DNA from: the human T2T-CHM13v2.0 reference genome, Homo sapiens
Reading direction: 5' to 3' (one strand)
NCBI RefSeq assembly: GCF_009914755.1
Contig: NC_060940.1
DNA length: 64,000 nucleotides
A program made the translations under genes and the position numbers. Below are positions 19,782 through 56,107 of the stretch, one piece after another. The notes below the pieces were generated by a model that searched no databases, was not told the DNA's origin, and saw only the letters and a list, made by a program, of their open reading frames with translations. Within the stretch, counting starts at the first letter, position 1. Every line of letters begins with the position of its first letter.

Positions 19782-20142
19782 GGCCAGGTGCAGTGGCTCA
19801 TGCCTGTAATCCCATCAATTTGGGAGGCCGAGGAGGGCGGATCACTTGAGGTCAGGAGTTCAAGACCAGCCTGGCCAACATGGTGAAACCCCATCTCTAC
19901 TAAAAACACAAAAATTAGCCAGGGCCTCTGCCTCCTAAGCTCAAGAGATCCTACCCTCTCAGCCCCCCAAGTAGCTGGGAGTACAGGCGAGAGCCACCAT
20001 GCCCGGATAATTTTTGTATGTTTCGCAGAGACATAGTTTCACTGTGTTACCCAGGCTGGTCTTGAACTCCTGGCTCACGCAATCCACCTGCCTTAGCCTC
20101 CCAAAGTGCTGAGATTACACGTGTGAGCCACCGCACCCGGCC
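19782..20142. mobile_element. Plus-strand Alu left arm fused to a truncated minus-strand Alu
   Basis: Orientation switches at ~19923. Confidence 0.85.
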
Positions 20143-20994
20143 AACAATGTGTCGATGTGGATAACCTTGTTTGTTGACTGTCCTCTCAGTAGAAAGGGAG
20201 GTCCACTCTGCCAGGGCTGGGTCCTTATTAGGCATTCACGGCTGGATCCGCAGGGCTGAGCACTGCATCCAGCACATAGTAGCTGCTCAGCACATGTTCG
20301 TGGAGCGACTGAGTGTGTAAGTCAGTGAATGAACAAACGAATGAAGGGGTTCTCGCTCTGATACTTGTTCTGCAGCCTGGGAAACTGAAGCTCAGAGATG
20401 AAGTGACTTCACCGAGGTCACACGGACAGTGGGCGGCAGAACTGGAGCTACCTACGCAATTGGGATTACGAAATATTTCACAAGTGCCAAGAAGTGCACA
20501 TGATGCAGGGCTCTAGAAGGCTTCCTCTTCGATTTGTCACAGTCCCTGCAGCAGAGAGGCAGCCCAAGGCTCTGCAAATCACTGCCACTTCATCACGGCT
20601 GCAGCCACCCTTGTGCAGGCCCCAGCTCGAGGTCTTCTCACTCGATGCTGGTATGGGGGTGATGATCATCCATCTGGCAGGTCACAAGGACAACCCTCGG
20701 GATGGGAAATCTGATCCTAATTGCTGAGTCACAGCTAAAGGGCAGAATGACGTCGTCTGTAACCATGGCATGCATTCCAAACTCAGCCCCAGCTTGGCTT
20801 CTCCTCAAGTTTGAGTGAGCCCCTGTCAGTCTACACCACCCCTCCTCATGTTCGGCTGTTTTCAAGCCGGCACACTGGCAAAGATGCTGCCAGGAAAGAA
20901 GGAAGCCAAGCCCAGGGAGAGGAGAGAGCTGGTTTGCTGTGGGTGGCCAGGAACAAGGTCCCGTGTGTGGAGGAGACAGAACACAGTCATGATA

Positions 20995-21980
<986 letters not shown>

Positions 21981-22047
21981 GTTGAGGCAAAGCATAACCC
22001 CAGATCCTCCTAGCCAATGGACCCCTCGCTTCTGAAACAGTTCCGGT

Positions 22048-22068
22048 GGTCAAGTTCTGGGCATGTCC
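22048..22068. promoter_or_regulatory. Candidate p53/p63 response element
   Basis: GGTCAAGTTC-T-GGGCATGTCC: two RRRCWWGYYY half-sites (one mismatch in total), 1-bp spacer. Confidence 0.5.
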
Positions 22069-22293
22069 TGGACTTCTTGGTTTTGCGCGGAGGAATCACT
22101 AGTTCTGGGTGTTGATAGACATCAAAGCTTTTCCAACTGTGCATGTCTGGGATACCTGACTTGCTGTGTTGGCTCAGTTATATCTGCCAGGTAACTTGAC
22201 CTTCTGTTATCAACAGAGTAGGTCCAGTTTGGGCTGGTCTTGCAGTTGTGTTTTCTTGAGGAACGGTTTGGGCTCAACCTGTCTTTCCAATCA

Positions 22294-25598
<3,305 letters not shown>

Positions 25599-25891
25599 CT
25601 ACCTTCTCAATACACCTGTGGTTTGTATATGTTTGTTCACATTTTCAAAGAAAAACGATGGAATAATAAAGCCAACATGGGTATTTACAGGGTAAGAGGA
25701 GGCAGACTGGTGATGGAGGGGTGGAAGCTCAGCTTCTCTGAGTGTGTCTTGTTTCAGAGTTTCTATTTGGTAAATGTAAATATTTTACAAAATTACAAAG
25801 TAAAATCAAAGACAAAAAGACCGATCCCTTAAAATAAAAAAAAAAAAGTAAAAAACCCTGAGTATATGCCAATTTGGCATAACCACACTAA

Positions 25892-26456
<565 letters not shown>

Positions 26457-26485
26457 CAGAAAGTGACTTTAAAATAGCATTTTGA

Positions 26486-27285
<800 letters not shown>

Positions 27286-27438
27286 TAGCACTTTGATTGT
27301 ATTATACCAGATATTATATATCTCTAGTGGGTTTTACCCTAAGGACAAAAGAACCACCATGAAACAGAACTACATTGAAATCCTCACCTGTACTCAGTTA
27401 TCTTATAGGTAGTGATTATATTAGCATTCTGACAGTGA

Positions 27439-30345
<2,907 letters not shown>

Positions 30346-30412
30346 GGTCCAGAGGCTTGACAGAAACTCGGGAATGGTGGGGATAAAGGGGTGTGGTTCA
30401 GAACCATGGACA

Positions 30413-30425
30413 GCGCGCGCGCGCG

Positions 30426-30474
<49 letters not shown>
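30413..30474. repeat. (GC)11(AC)20 compound microsatellite, Z-DNA-forming
   Basis: 62 nt of uninterrupted purine-pyrimidine alternation. Confidence 0.95.
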
Positions 30475-30475
<1 letters not shown>

Positions 30476-30579
30476 ACCAATCTTACCGCCTTGTTAGTAC
30501 ACAGTGCCTATAATCAGGGCTTTCAGAGGCTGACACCAGTGGGATCAGAGGCCAGCTGGGATGTGCTTGGCCCCATATC

Positions 30580-35403
<4,824 letters not shown>

Positions 35404-35816
35404 TCAGCGACCAAGGAGCTGACAGTGCCATTTACCGAAGGGGGCAGGTAGGAAAGGGGCAAGTGAATCCACAGCCCCAATCTTCACAGAGGTGTTGTGA
35501 GGCTCGAATGAGATCTCACAGGCCTTTGGGGTCAGATGCAGCTGGGTTCAAATCCTGCCTCCTGCCTTCCGAGCCAGGTAGTCCTGAGTCAGTGACTCTG
35601 AGTCTGGGTCTCCCAGTCTGTGAAATGGACCGTGAATCCTGCCTCCGACGGGTGGGCTGTGAGGGGCAGAGGGGCCCAGGCTTCCGGTGCCCCCAGCACA
35701 AGACCTGGCGCGTGGTAGGTGGTCCATGCCTGGAGCAGAGTAGGAGGTCCGTGGCCTTAAGGGAGGTGAGTATTCGTATCCCCCACTGGCCACAGATCCT
35801 GCTCACACTCCCCTGG

Positions 35817-35826
35817 GGGAAATTCC
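35817..35826 (+). promoter_or_regulatory. Candidate NF-kB site
   Basis: GGGAAATTCC fits GGGRNWYYCC exactly; AP-1 TGAGTCA at 35585-35591 lies in the same non-Alu island. Confidence 0.35.
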
Positions 35827-36142
35827 AGCTCAAAGAGTACCTGTCTTGGGGCTGGGAGAGGCAGAGACCATGGAAAGACCCCGAGAGACCGGGAACTGCC
35901 TGTGAGGGGTTTTCCAGGCTGCAGAGAGAAGAGTCTGACAGGCGAGAGGAGGTGAACACACCACCCCTGCTTGAAACCCTCCATGCCTCCCCAGGGTCAC
36001 ACTCCCCAATGTCACTCACCTTCCAGGCCTGGCCCACACCCTCCAACCCCATCTTCTCACCCTCCCAGCCACCCTAGCCCTCTATGTTCCACCTCAAGCC
36101 TTTGCACTGGCTCCTCCCTCCTCCAGGAATGTTCTTTCCCTA

Positions 36143-44730
<8,588 letters not shown>

Positions 44731-45622
44731 AAGAAAATAAGAAATAAAAAGCAATGGGTATGTCATTACCATACACAGAAACACAATACCCACATCATAC
44801 ACAGAAGGTAACTAAAACATACACACACAGAAACCCACACATCATTCAGTTCTAGCTGCAGAGTGTCAACTGCCCGGGATTCTGAGCCTGAGGTCTGTGC
44901 TCTCTCCTGGACATAAGGGGGCTAAGCCAGCCTTACAGAGATGCTCAGGCCACACTAGCAGCAAAGGAGGCCTTGCCCCTAGAATGGGAGCTGCTATGGG
45001 TTTCAGAGGTGAGTGATGCCCTCTCTGCCTTCCACCTAACCTCACCCTGCAGACCTCACCAGTGGTTCACATCTCACCCTTCAGGAAAAATCCCCTCTGG
45101 CCACGCAGTTTTCATTTTGTTCTCAGGCCTGGATCCCTTATAGAGATGCCCCAGGAGCAGAGGCCCGCCCACCCGAGCAGGGAGTCCCAGCTGTAGAGTC
45201 TCCCTTGAGGCTGAGGCCTCTCCACCCCGCCGAGCAACCCCCTTCCTTGTCCCAGCCCTTATAGCGGCTGGGGGAGTGGGCAGAGGGCCAGGCTGGTACA
45301 GGGCACACCAGCTGGACCCCAGCAAGCCCCAGGGAGCTGGGGTGAGCTCATCCCAAGCCCTCAATTATCCTCCTGGCTAATGAGCATCTGAGAACCTCCA
45401 TCCCATTCTGTAAGGACGAACCCCGGGGACGTGAGGCCAGATGTCACTACGGAGGGAGGTAGAGGAAATGGGCTTGGGGGAGGGGCGCGATACTTCCTGC
45501 CTCCTCTTTGTTGGGGAGAGAAAGGTGGGGCTGCAGCAAGCAGTTAGGGTCGCAGTTAAGCGCAGGATCCTGTAGCCCATCTCATGGGCTCCAGTGCAGG
45601 CTTGGAGCCCACTACCTTGTGA

Positions 45623-47185
<1,563 letters not shown>

Positions 47186-47899
47186 CCCAAGGGAGCTACT
47201 CTTGGCTGGGCGATCAGGGAGGGCCCTCCTGAGGAAGGGGCACTTAAGCTGAGATCGGGAAGATGAAGTAGAAGAGTTCCAGCTGCAGGGAGCCACATAG
47301 GCAAAGGCCTGGCGGTGGGAAAGGCTTGGTGCACTGGGCGCAGGGAAGAAAGCCCAGCGAGGCTGAGTGGAGGGAGTGAGGGCCTGGCCACCTCAGCCTC
47401 GTGAGCCCAACCCGCCATGCTCTTCCAGAGGCTTCTGCTTGAGAATGGGAAAGAAGTTTCCAGCAAATAAGGCCCCCGTTCCCAGGAGGAGGTCCCAGCT
47501 CGCCCTGCCCCCTCCTGTCTTCTCAAGTCCCCTGGGCCACAGAAGCCTTGAGGGACCCACCCTCACCCCTTCTGTGGGCCCCAGGGCTGGGGTGTCCTCT
47601 CGCCGATGGCCTTCTTGGGGTGGATGAGTGGAGATTACTCCAATAACTGGAGCCTCTGTCTTCCCAGGTAGACAGGCCTGGCCTCAAAACCCTCTCTCCA
47701 TCAGGAGCAGGCTGTGGGACTTCAGCTCTTTGGAGCCTCAGGTTCCTCATCTGTAAAATGGGAAGATTCTTTCTTCCGGAGTCATCTTAATAAAATGTGT
47801 TGGGCTGTTTATACAGGGCAGGCATTTGGTGGGGGCCAAACCACCGGGTAATTATGCTAAAAATAACTATGATTATAGGTGGCAGAGGGGTGCAAATGC

Positions 47900-49450
47900 C
47901 TCACAGCCTCATCCCGCAGAGGAATGAGAGCTTCGTCAGGGCCGGGACCTTGTCTGGCTCGTGGCTGCTCCCACGACGACTGGCGTGGCAGGCACGTGGT
48001 CAGTGTTCCGCCATCGACTGACTGGGCGGATGAATGATACATAAATGAATTCGCGAACGACTGATGCCCAGCTTCCTCCCGAAGCAAGGTCATTCACCTC
48101 AGCGGTCGCGCCTCTCCCCTGCCCCTGCCCCGGATTCCCCGCCGCTCTCAGCTCTCGAGGAGTATGCAGCACTCTTCCGTGCAGCGTGCCTCAGTTTCCT
48201 CCGCTGTAAGCAGGCGGGACCAAGGCAGCCTGCCGGGGTCAGGATGAGGCTGGCAGAGGAAGGGCGCCTGTAGTGGGGCCCCGTACCCACGGGCGCCCAA
48301 TCCGCGCTCGCCAGGGCCGAGCCCGCCCGCCGCGCGCAGCCCCCGCCCCACCGCCTGCCGGCCCCGAGCACACGTGACTCCGCCCCGGCCCGCCCCGCCC
48401 CGCCGTCCCAGCGCGGGCTCCCATTGGCCTTTCTGGGAGGCCCCGTCCCCAGCCGGGGAGGAGCCGGGCCCCGCCCGCCGCAGCGCGGGGCTCCTGCGTC
48501 CCGAGTGCGCGGCGGCCGGACCGGGCGGGCGGAGCCGGGCCCGCGGGGCTGCTGCGGGGCGATCGGGCCGGGCCGCTGCCGCGCCATGGTGAGCCGGGCG
48601 GGGCAGGCCGCGCGCTCGGGCCGGGCGGGGGCGCCGGGGCCCGGGGGCGGGAAGGGGGAGGCCAGGACGAGGAGGGGCGCGCGCGGCGGCGGGGCCGGGC
48701 CGGGGTCTGCGGGCGGGGGAGGGGCGGCCCGGCGGGCGCGGCTCGGGGGAGGGTCCGTTCCAGGGGCCGCGCCCGCGGGCTGGGGTTCTTTGTCAGCGGC
48801 GCTGCGGCGAGATCCGGACAAAGGAGGCGGCGGGGGGCGGAGGCCGCTTTGTGGGGATCGCGGGGCGCTCGCCCCCGCCCGTGCAGCCCCCGCCCGTCCT
48901 CAGCTACGCTCCCGCCTTCCCCCGGCATTTCGGGGTTCTTCAAAATTCTGGGAGCTCCGGGGAGGGCTCCGGGGATAGGGGTCCAGGTGACGTCCGGCGC
49001 CCGTCTCGCGGGTAGGGAAACTGAGGCCGGGCCGCAGCGTTCGGCGCCCGGTTCCGTGGGCAGCGGCTGCGCGGCGTGGGCATGCCTAGCTCCCCTGGTC
49101 CCCGTCCCACACCCCGCCTCCGTCGGGCCGATTCGAGCTACCTCCCCAGCTGCCGTCCCCTCTCCAGCTGTCGCCCCCTGGGCCGAGCCCCCTCCTCCCT
49201 GGAGCCTCGCTTTGCTCCTCCGTGGAGTGGGGGAGACGCCGGCGCCGCCGGGCAGGGTGGAACGGGAGGGTGCGCGGAGCGCGCCTGGCACCGCGCCTGC
49301 CACGCCGCCCGCGCTCAGCACTCGGGAGCCGCCGGGGCGCTGTCACCCTTAAGTCCCCAGCACCCAGCCCAGGTCGCCCAGCCCGCCCCAGCGAGGGCCA
49401 CACTGGGGTTCACCTGTCCGCGGCCCCTCAGGCACGCGGGAGAGGAGGTA
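47900..49450. promoter_or_regulatory. SNN: CpG island / SNN promoter (TATA-less)
   Basis: Very high GC and CpG density; CCAAT 48297-48301, ATTGG 48423-48427, GC boxes (CCCCGCCC at 48341 and ~48392), E-box CACGTGAC 48371-48378. Confidence 0.9.
48490..48588 (+). other. SNN: SNN exon 1 (5' UTR; start approximate)
   Basis: Downstream of the promoter motifs; ends GCGCCATG followed by donor GTGAGC at 48589. Confidence 0.7.
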
Positions 49451-52400
49451 GGGAGAATGTGGCATTTTAGAGTCAGGGTCGAAATGCGGGATTTTGGATG
49501 CAGGTTGCCTGGGTTTGAATCCCTGCGCGTCTACTTTTGAGCTGTGTGACCTTGGGCAATGGACTTAACTTCTCTGAGCCACCAATTTCTGTATCTGCCA
49601 AGAGGGAACAGTAATAGCTCAACTGCCCTGTTGTCTTGAGGCAGAAAGGAGACATCTGCGTGAGCTGTTTATCTCAGTGTCTGGCACATATAATTGCCAC
49701 CAACTTTCTCCGGCATCTACAAGCAAAGTTGTTTGGCCAAACAGGCCAACCCTGGGGCAGCCTGTGAAAATGACCAGCGGGTGATTCACAGGGTGGGGGC
49801 ATGAGCCTCTGGCCTGGCCCGAGGAAGACCCCGACTGACCTTGGGGCAGTCCCGGTTCAGAGCTCTGCGGGCTCCCGCTTCCTCTTTTGCCACTGGGGAA
49901 CCTAGGGGATTCTGGAGCGAGTTTCCTCTTCTGAGGATGGGGGTGTCATGGGTGGGGGTGGAGGATGAGATAACACTGGCCAGAGAGCTGGGCACAGCCC
50001 CATCAGTGTCAGTCCCACTGGCATCCGGCCGTTCTTGGTCCTGGCTTCTGGAGGGCTGGGGCCTTGTGTGATGCGTCCTTGTGTCCCACTGGCTGCTGGA
50101 GGCCCAGGGCAGAACGGACGTCCCGCCTCGTCCTGGCTGTGTCCAGCAGTGCCCTCTTCTCCCTACAACCCTGTTTTCCCAGTCAGAACCTGGGGCAGGA
50201 AACGTTTCTGGTTTGTGACCCGGGGTTCGCTGAAGAGTTTGTTGGCACCCTTGGCAGGTGGCTTTATGGGGGGAGGCAGTACTGAAAGCCCCGTAGGGAT
50301 GGCTGGTCCCCTGTAAGCAGGGCAGCCCTCCTGGCGTCTGTCAAGGAGCCTCAGGAGGTGGCGGCTGCAAGGCGGGGGTGTTTTGCTGGTGGTGAGCCCG
50401 GCAATGCTCATGATGTGCCCGGTTGAGTTAGGAGGAGGCAGCGTGTCCCTGGGGAAGGGGTGTTTGTGGCACTGGGCCTGGGCCAGGCTCTGTGCCCTTC
50501 TGGCCCTGGGGGTGGGCTTGGGGATCCCTCGGGCTCAGTGTTCTCCCTTTGTCCCTGCTGTAGCACACAGGAAGGTGTGGCTGGTGACATGCAAACCTGG
50601 TGACCTCATGTCCCTTTTGTTTTCACTTTTCTTACCACTTCTCATCCTCCCCACGACCTGGTAGATGAGGTCAGGGACTCGTATCCGCTTTGCGCATTGA
50701 GAAACTGAGGCCAAGAGGAGCAGCTTGCTTGGCTGGGCGGAAGCAGGCCGCAAAAGTGAGTGCTGGTCTGGGAGGATGGAGGGGACTCCAGCCTGCTCTA
50801 CTGCGGTCTGTGGGCCCCCCGGGCCTAGAGCACATGGAGTGGCCTCTGGAGTGGGATCAGGCTCAGACAAGCCGGGGTCCTGGGAGGGAGAGCAGGACAG
50901 GAGGATACCCGTCCCCTCTCTGGTAGCTGGGGCAGGGACTGTCCATTTGAATGGCTCTGACGGGGTGGGGTTCACCCCCGGCTCTGCCCCCATGCTCCTT
51001 GGGTCCCAGTTACGGATCTCTGTGGGCCTTGGCAAACCCGGCAGGACAGTGTCAGTAACACCTGCAAGCTTGGGCTGCTGGGGAGGAGTGGCCAAGGGCG
51101 GTGCAGGCCCCCGCTCACCTGGCATGGCTCAGGCTTGTCTTGCAGTTGTTATTCCTTGGGACATGTGTGGGCTCTGCCGGGAGACAGAGTGTGTCCTGTG
51201 CTGCAGTTGACCTCCTTTGGGGTTGTTTGAGGATGCTGGGGCAGGGGGTTCTGGAGAGCCTGGGCCTTGGATCTTGCTTTTATAGTGGGTGGGTGGGATC
51301 CGAGAGTCAGGACCCCCTTGGCAGAGGATGGCAAGACTGAAGGCACATGGAGCAGGAGGGTGTGTGTTTGGGGGATCCAGATGGCCTTGGGCTTCAAATG
51401 CCAGGCAGAGGGGACACTCCAGCCTGCCCAGAGATGGAAGGCCCAGGCTGTGCTCTGGGTCCTGGCCCCTCTGCACTTGGAAGACCCCTTGGCTCTGCTG
51501 GGCTCCCCTCTGGGCTCCCATCCTGCCTTCTGGCTTTTTGCTTCACCTCCCTGCGTGCGCCTCAGTTTCCTCACCTGCCAGATGGAGATGCTAGGGTGAA
51601 CAAAGGTGGCTGCAGCCTTTCTGGATCAGATGCTGGTGGGAATGAATGTGAGCTGCTGTCATGATGGTTGTTGGGTGGGCCAGGATTCCCATGTGCCAGC
51701 CTGGGCATCTCCCCAACCCAAGCTGTGGCCCGTCCCTGTCCCCTGCATCCTGTGGGCTTTACTGGATCAGGGCGAGGGGTTACCCAGCTTGCAAGACACA
51801 GCTTTGCTCAGAGGGGCTAGAAAGGAAGAACAGACAGGTGGGGTCCAGCCAGGCACAGGGGCTTGTGGGGACCTGCTGCCCTCCGCGCTTTGAGTTTCCC
51901 GGGGCTCTGCTTGGCCACCCCCTTCCCTCCCTGCCTGCCAGCAAGCATGGAGCCAGCTGCCCTTCCATGGGCTCAGGCCTGCCCTAATCCACTGGCACTC
52001 GCCGTTCTGTCCCCACACTAGGCCTGCAGCCTTCTCCCATGCAGTCTGCCGGCTTTTTTGAGTCTGTTGGGACAGAACATGGGGACCTGTGCTCAGGGTT
52101 CTGGGAGTGCCCTGAGTGTCAGGGACCCCCCCACCTATGATCCCCCTGAGAACAGGGTCTCCTCTAACTCATCACTGTATCTGCAGGGAGGGAACACTCA
52201 ACAGACCATTCACTGAGCACCTACTGTGTACCCGTGCAGGGCAGGGGTACAGCTGTGGGCGGGACAGACGGTGCCCTCCTTGGACTGCCTTGGAGTCCAG
52301 TGCGGGGAGTGAGACAGCAGCCAGGGGACAGCCCCTGAGCCTAGAGAAGGGCAGGTAGCAAGGAGAGCAAATGAAGTAGGGCAAGGCTGTAGTGGTGGGG

Positions 52401-53529
52401 TGTGGGAGGAGGGGCGCCTGGGTCCAGGGTGGTCTGGGAGGGCAGCCTGCAAGAGGCGCCTTCTGAGAAAGTCCCGAATAGGAAGGTGCCAGCCGTGGGG
52501 CGGTCAGGGCAGAGGTGGGAGCGTGGGCTCGCAGCGGAGGGTGTGGGGACGCCTGGGGAGGCAGGGAGCTTGGATTCTCTTTGGTGCTGGGGAGGATTCT
52601 GAGTGGGGAGAACGCCATCACATTTTTGCAAAGATCGTTTCTCAGGAAACATTTGCTGAGTGAATGAAGGAACAGATACGCACTCGGGAGGGCCGGACCA
52701 CAGGCCAGGCGTGACTGTGGCTCAGTCACTGGGCTCTGTGCTCGCGGCGGGGCAGAACCCCACATCTGGCTCTGCCCATGCCTCCTGGCCTGGGTTCAGG
52801 GCAGCAGACGGGGTTTTGGGGTCACCACTCCTCTTAGAGAATCCCTTTGAGCTGGGGCCGCCTGTGCCTCAGTTTCCTCATTAGTCCTGGGGCCAGTGGT
52901 TGAACTGGGGCCCTTGAACTCAGGTGCCTCCTGGCCTGCCCACCTGGCTTTGCCCCGCCTATCCCAGGTCCTGGTGCCATTGTTTGATTTTCTACTTCCT
53001 GTCCCTGAACCACCCCCACCCCCAAACACACACACTTCCCCTTCCGAATTGATACTGACTTGTCTTCCTGTCCAGAAACCCCAGGGGAGGGCAGGCACCC
53101 CAGCAGGCCCTGGGAACCAGAGGTGCAGGGGAGAGGGAGGTGGGAGGTGGGAGGCACAGGGCAGGTTGGTGTTCTTCTTGCAGGGAGAGAACACAGAGGT
53201 TGGGACGAGTGTAGACAGGCTCACCCAGCCATGGTGGGAAGGCTGTCTGTGGGGTCAGAGGGGTCCCCTGTCCAGTCTGGAGGCGTGAGAGAACAGCTAA
53301 GTGGGGTTGTGGAACCGGATGGTGGCAGGGGAGAGGCCAGGGTGGTCTGTACATGCAGGGGACAGAGCAGGGCCACCGTGGAGCTCATGGCCCGCTGGAG
53401 GGAGAGGTGGGCGCTAATCAGGTGGCCATGCTCCAGAAGCCAGGGTTGCATGCCAAGGCCACTGCTCCGGAGGGAAGGAGCCCGGCCGGGTTGGGAAAGC
53501 TTCCCTGCCAGAGCTGGTATTAACCGGGT

Positions 53530-53726
53530 CAGGGTGTCTTTCTCCAGCCGGGCCATCTGCGTGGTGGGGGCTGCCCTGTGCACGATAGGTGCCAGCAATA
53601 TCCATGGTCTCCCTACTTGATGCCAGGAGTGCCACCTGCCCCCAGTTGTGACAACCAGAAGTGGCTCCAGACATGGCCAGATGTCCCCAGGGTGGGGACA
53701 CAGTGGCCCCCAGTTGAGAACCACTG
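53530..53726 (-). mobile_element. MER20 (hAT-Charlie DNA transposon)
   Basis: Minus strand CAGTGGTTCTCAACTGGGGG...GGGGACATCTGGCCATGTCTGGAG...GGTTGTCACAACTGGGGG matches the MER20 consensus. Confidence 0.8.
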
Positions 53727-55285
53727 AACAAGGGTAAGCCGCCAGAACGTTCTGGGCAGGGGCAACTGCCTGGGCCAGGGCCTGGTAGGAGGGTTCGTTG
53801 CGGGGGTCAGCGTGGCTGGCGAGCAGGGCATATTGGGGATGTGTAGTGTTCGGTCCTGCAGGTCATTGTGAGGACTTGGAAGGCGTCCTGGCTGCAGTGG
53901 CCCCTGAGGGTGGGCAGGGAGATCCTTAGCGCCTGCGGCAGCCTGTCTCCTGGAGTCAGGGGGAAGGCAGTGGAATGGAGGGAGGGCACCTCCTCTGCCC
54001 AGGGCCCTCTGCAGAAGCTGCCGGTTTCCCCGGGCCTGGTCCCTGGACAGACGCTGGGGGCGTTGACTTAGCTGCCTTTGTCCTTCAGGCAAACCTGGCT
54101 TCTGGGGAAACTCCTGGTTGGGTAAGAATCATTTCTCCTTAAGGGTGCTGTTCCTCAAGGACGCAGCAGGTTCGACCCTATTTGGAGGGAAAACCTCCTT
54201 CCAGTGCTGTCTGCCTGTGCTGATGTCAGTCTTATCCAAAGGGAACAAAAAGCCAGACGTGTCGTTCTGAGTGCCGACCGCACGCCCAGTCCTGTGTAGA
54301 ACGCGTCTCGGGCCTGTCCTCATCCTCACTGACCCCGGGTGCAGCCAGCGTTTGCTCTGTTTGTGGCGAGCGAGGCAGGAGAGGGAAGAAAGTGCAGGGT
54401 CTTGGGACTCCAGAGAACCTGCCAGCCTCAGCACTGCGGGGCAGCAGAGGCAAAGCCCTGGCCTCAGCATGCTCTCACTGGCTGTGCCTTGGGTGTCACC
54501 TAGAGGGTTGACAGGGTGCCTGGAGCTGGGGACTCTTAGACCTTATGTGCATTCCATAGCCACACTGTCCTCCGCCACTTGGCAGGCCCACCCATGGGTG
54601 AACTCCGTGGCTCGGCCAGGTGGAGGTGGTGGTCCCAGCCCTCCAACTTCTGGCGTCATTCTTTCAACATGTGGAGCACAGGCTTGGCCTGGCCTGGGAG
54701 GGGCCTCATCCCCGCTCCCACCCAAATCAGCTGGTGCCCCGACTCCTGGCACTTGCCAGGGGGACCCTCTCTGCCTTCAGAGCCTTAGCCCTCACCGTGC
54801 CCCCTGCCAGGAACACTATTCCCCATCAGCACCGCCTCCCTGCCTCCCACCTGCCCACCCAGGTTAGCATCTTGGCACCTGGTTGCTGTGTTCCTGACAA
54901 TGGCACCCTGTATTGTGAGTGACCGGCATTTGGGGTACTAACCAGTTACAGTCTGGCGCCTGCATTAGATGCTAAGCACCATCAGGGAGGGAGCCTCTGT
55001 CTCACCCTCCCTGCCTCCCCGAAGCTTTCCCAAGTGCCTGTCTCCATCTCCCGGGACACTCTACCCTGTTGCTTCCTTGGTTGGCCTCCGTCCAAACCAC
55101 ACAAGGGACTCTACCGCCCAGCTTCCTTCTCAGATGGTGTGCCGCGTTCCAGGGGTCTTCCCAGGCCCGATGCAGTGCCTGGTGACAAAGGCTGTTGTCC
55201 AGTACACCCTCTCACAGGTGTCCCCAAAGGACCTGCCTGTTCTGTATATGATGTCTGTTTGGGAGAGGGACTGATGTCATTGTCA

Positions 55286-55648
<363 letters not shown>

Positions 55649-56107
55649 TAGGAGGCCCCAGTTGCCCTCAGTCCCTGAGTGGTCATGAACACTGAGTTGG
55701 GGCTGGGCTTCCCGAAGGCACACCTTCAGCTGAAGAACCAGAACCATGTCTGGCCCTCTGGCATCCTTTGCTGCAGCTGTCGCTGTCGCAGTGTTCCCGG
55801 CTCTGCCGCCAGCGAGGGTGACTCACCTGCCTGGTACAGCAGCACTCGGGGTTTCAAAGGTCATGAACAGGAGCTGGGTGAGCGTGGGTGAGCAGACGCC
55901 TTCGAACGCCGGCCAGCATGCTTTTTGTCAGGGTGAGGGTGGGATGGGCAGGTCTGAGAACGATTAAAAATAGACCCCGTGGAAGTGCTAACCGCAGCTC
56001 GTCAACCTGCTTTGTCTTTCAGGACTCCCGTGTCCAGCCTGAGTTCCAGCCTCACTGAGTGGCCACCCCCAAAGTGCTGCCAGCCGAGGAAGCCCCCAGC
56101 ACTGACC

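Noticed and set aside
35463-36077. 204-aa and 178-aa overlapping antiparallel ORFs
   Set aside because: Partly MIR-like, no domain-like features; explained by GC content
48099-49352. Long ORFs of 167-360 aa on both strands in the CpG island
   Set aside because: Stop-codon scarcity in very GC-rich DNA; low-complexity A/G/P/R content, overlapping in several frames
55979-56107. 131-aa version of stannin in the ORF track
   Set aside because: Starts at a GTG inside the intron, upstream of the acceptor at 56022; the recognised protein begins at ATG 56108
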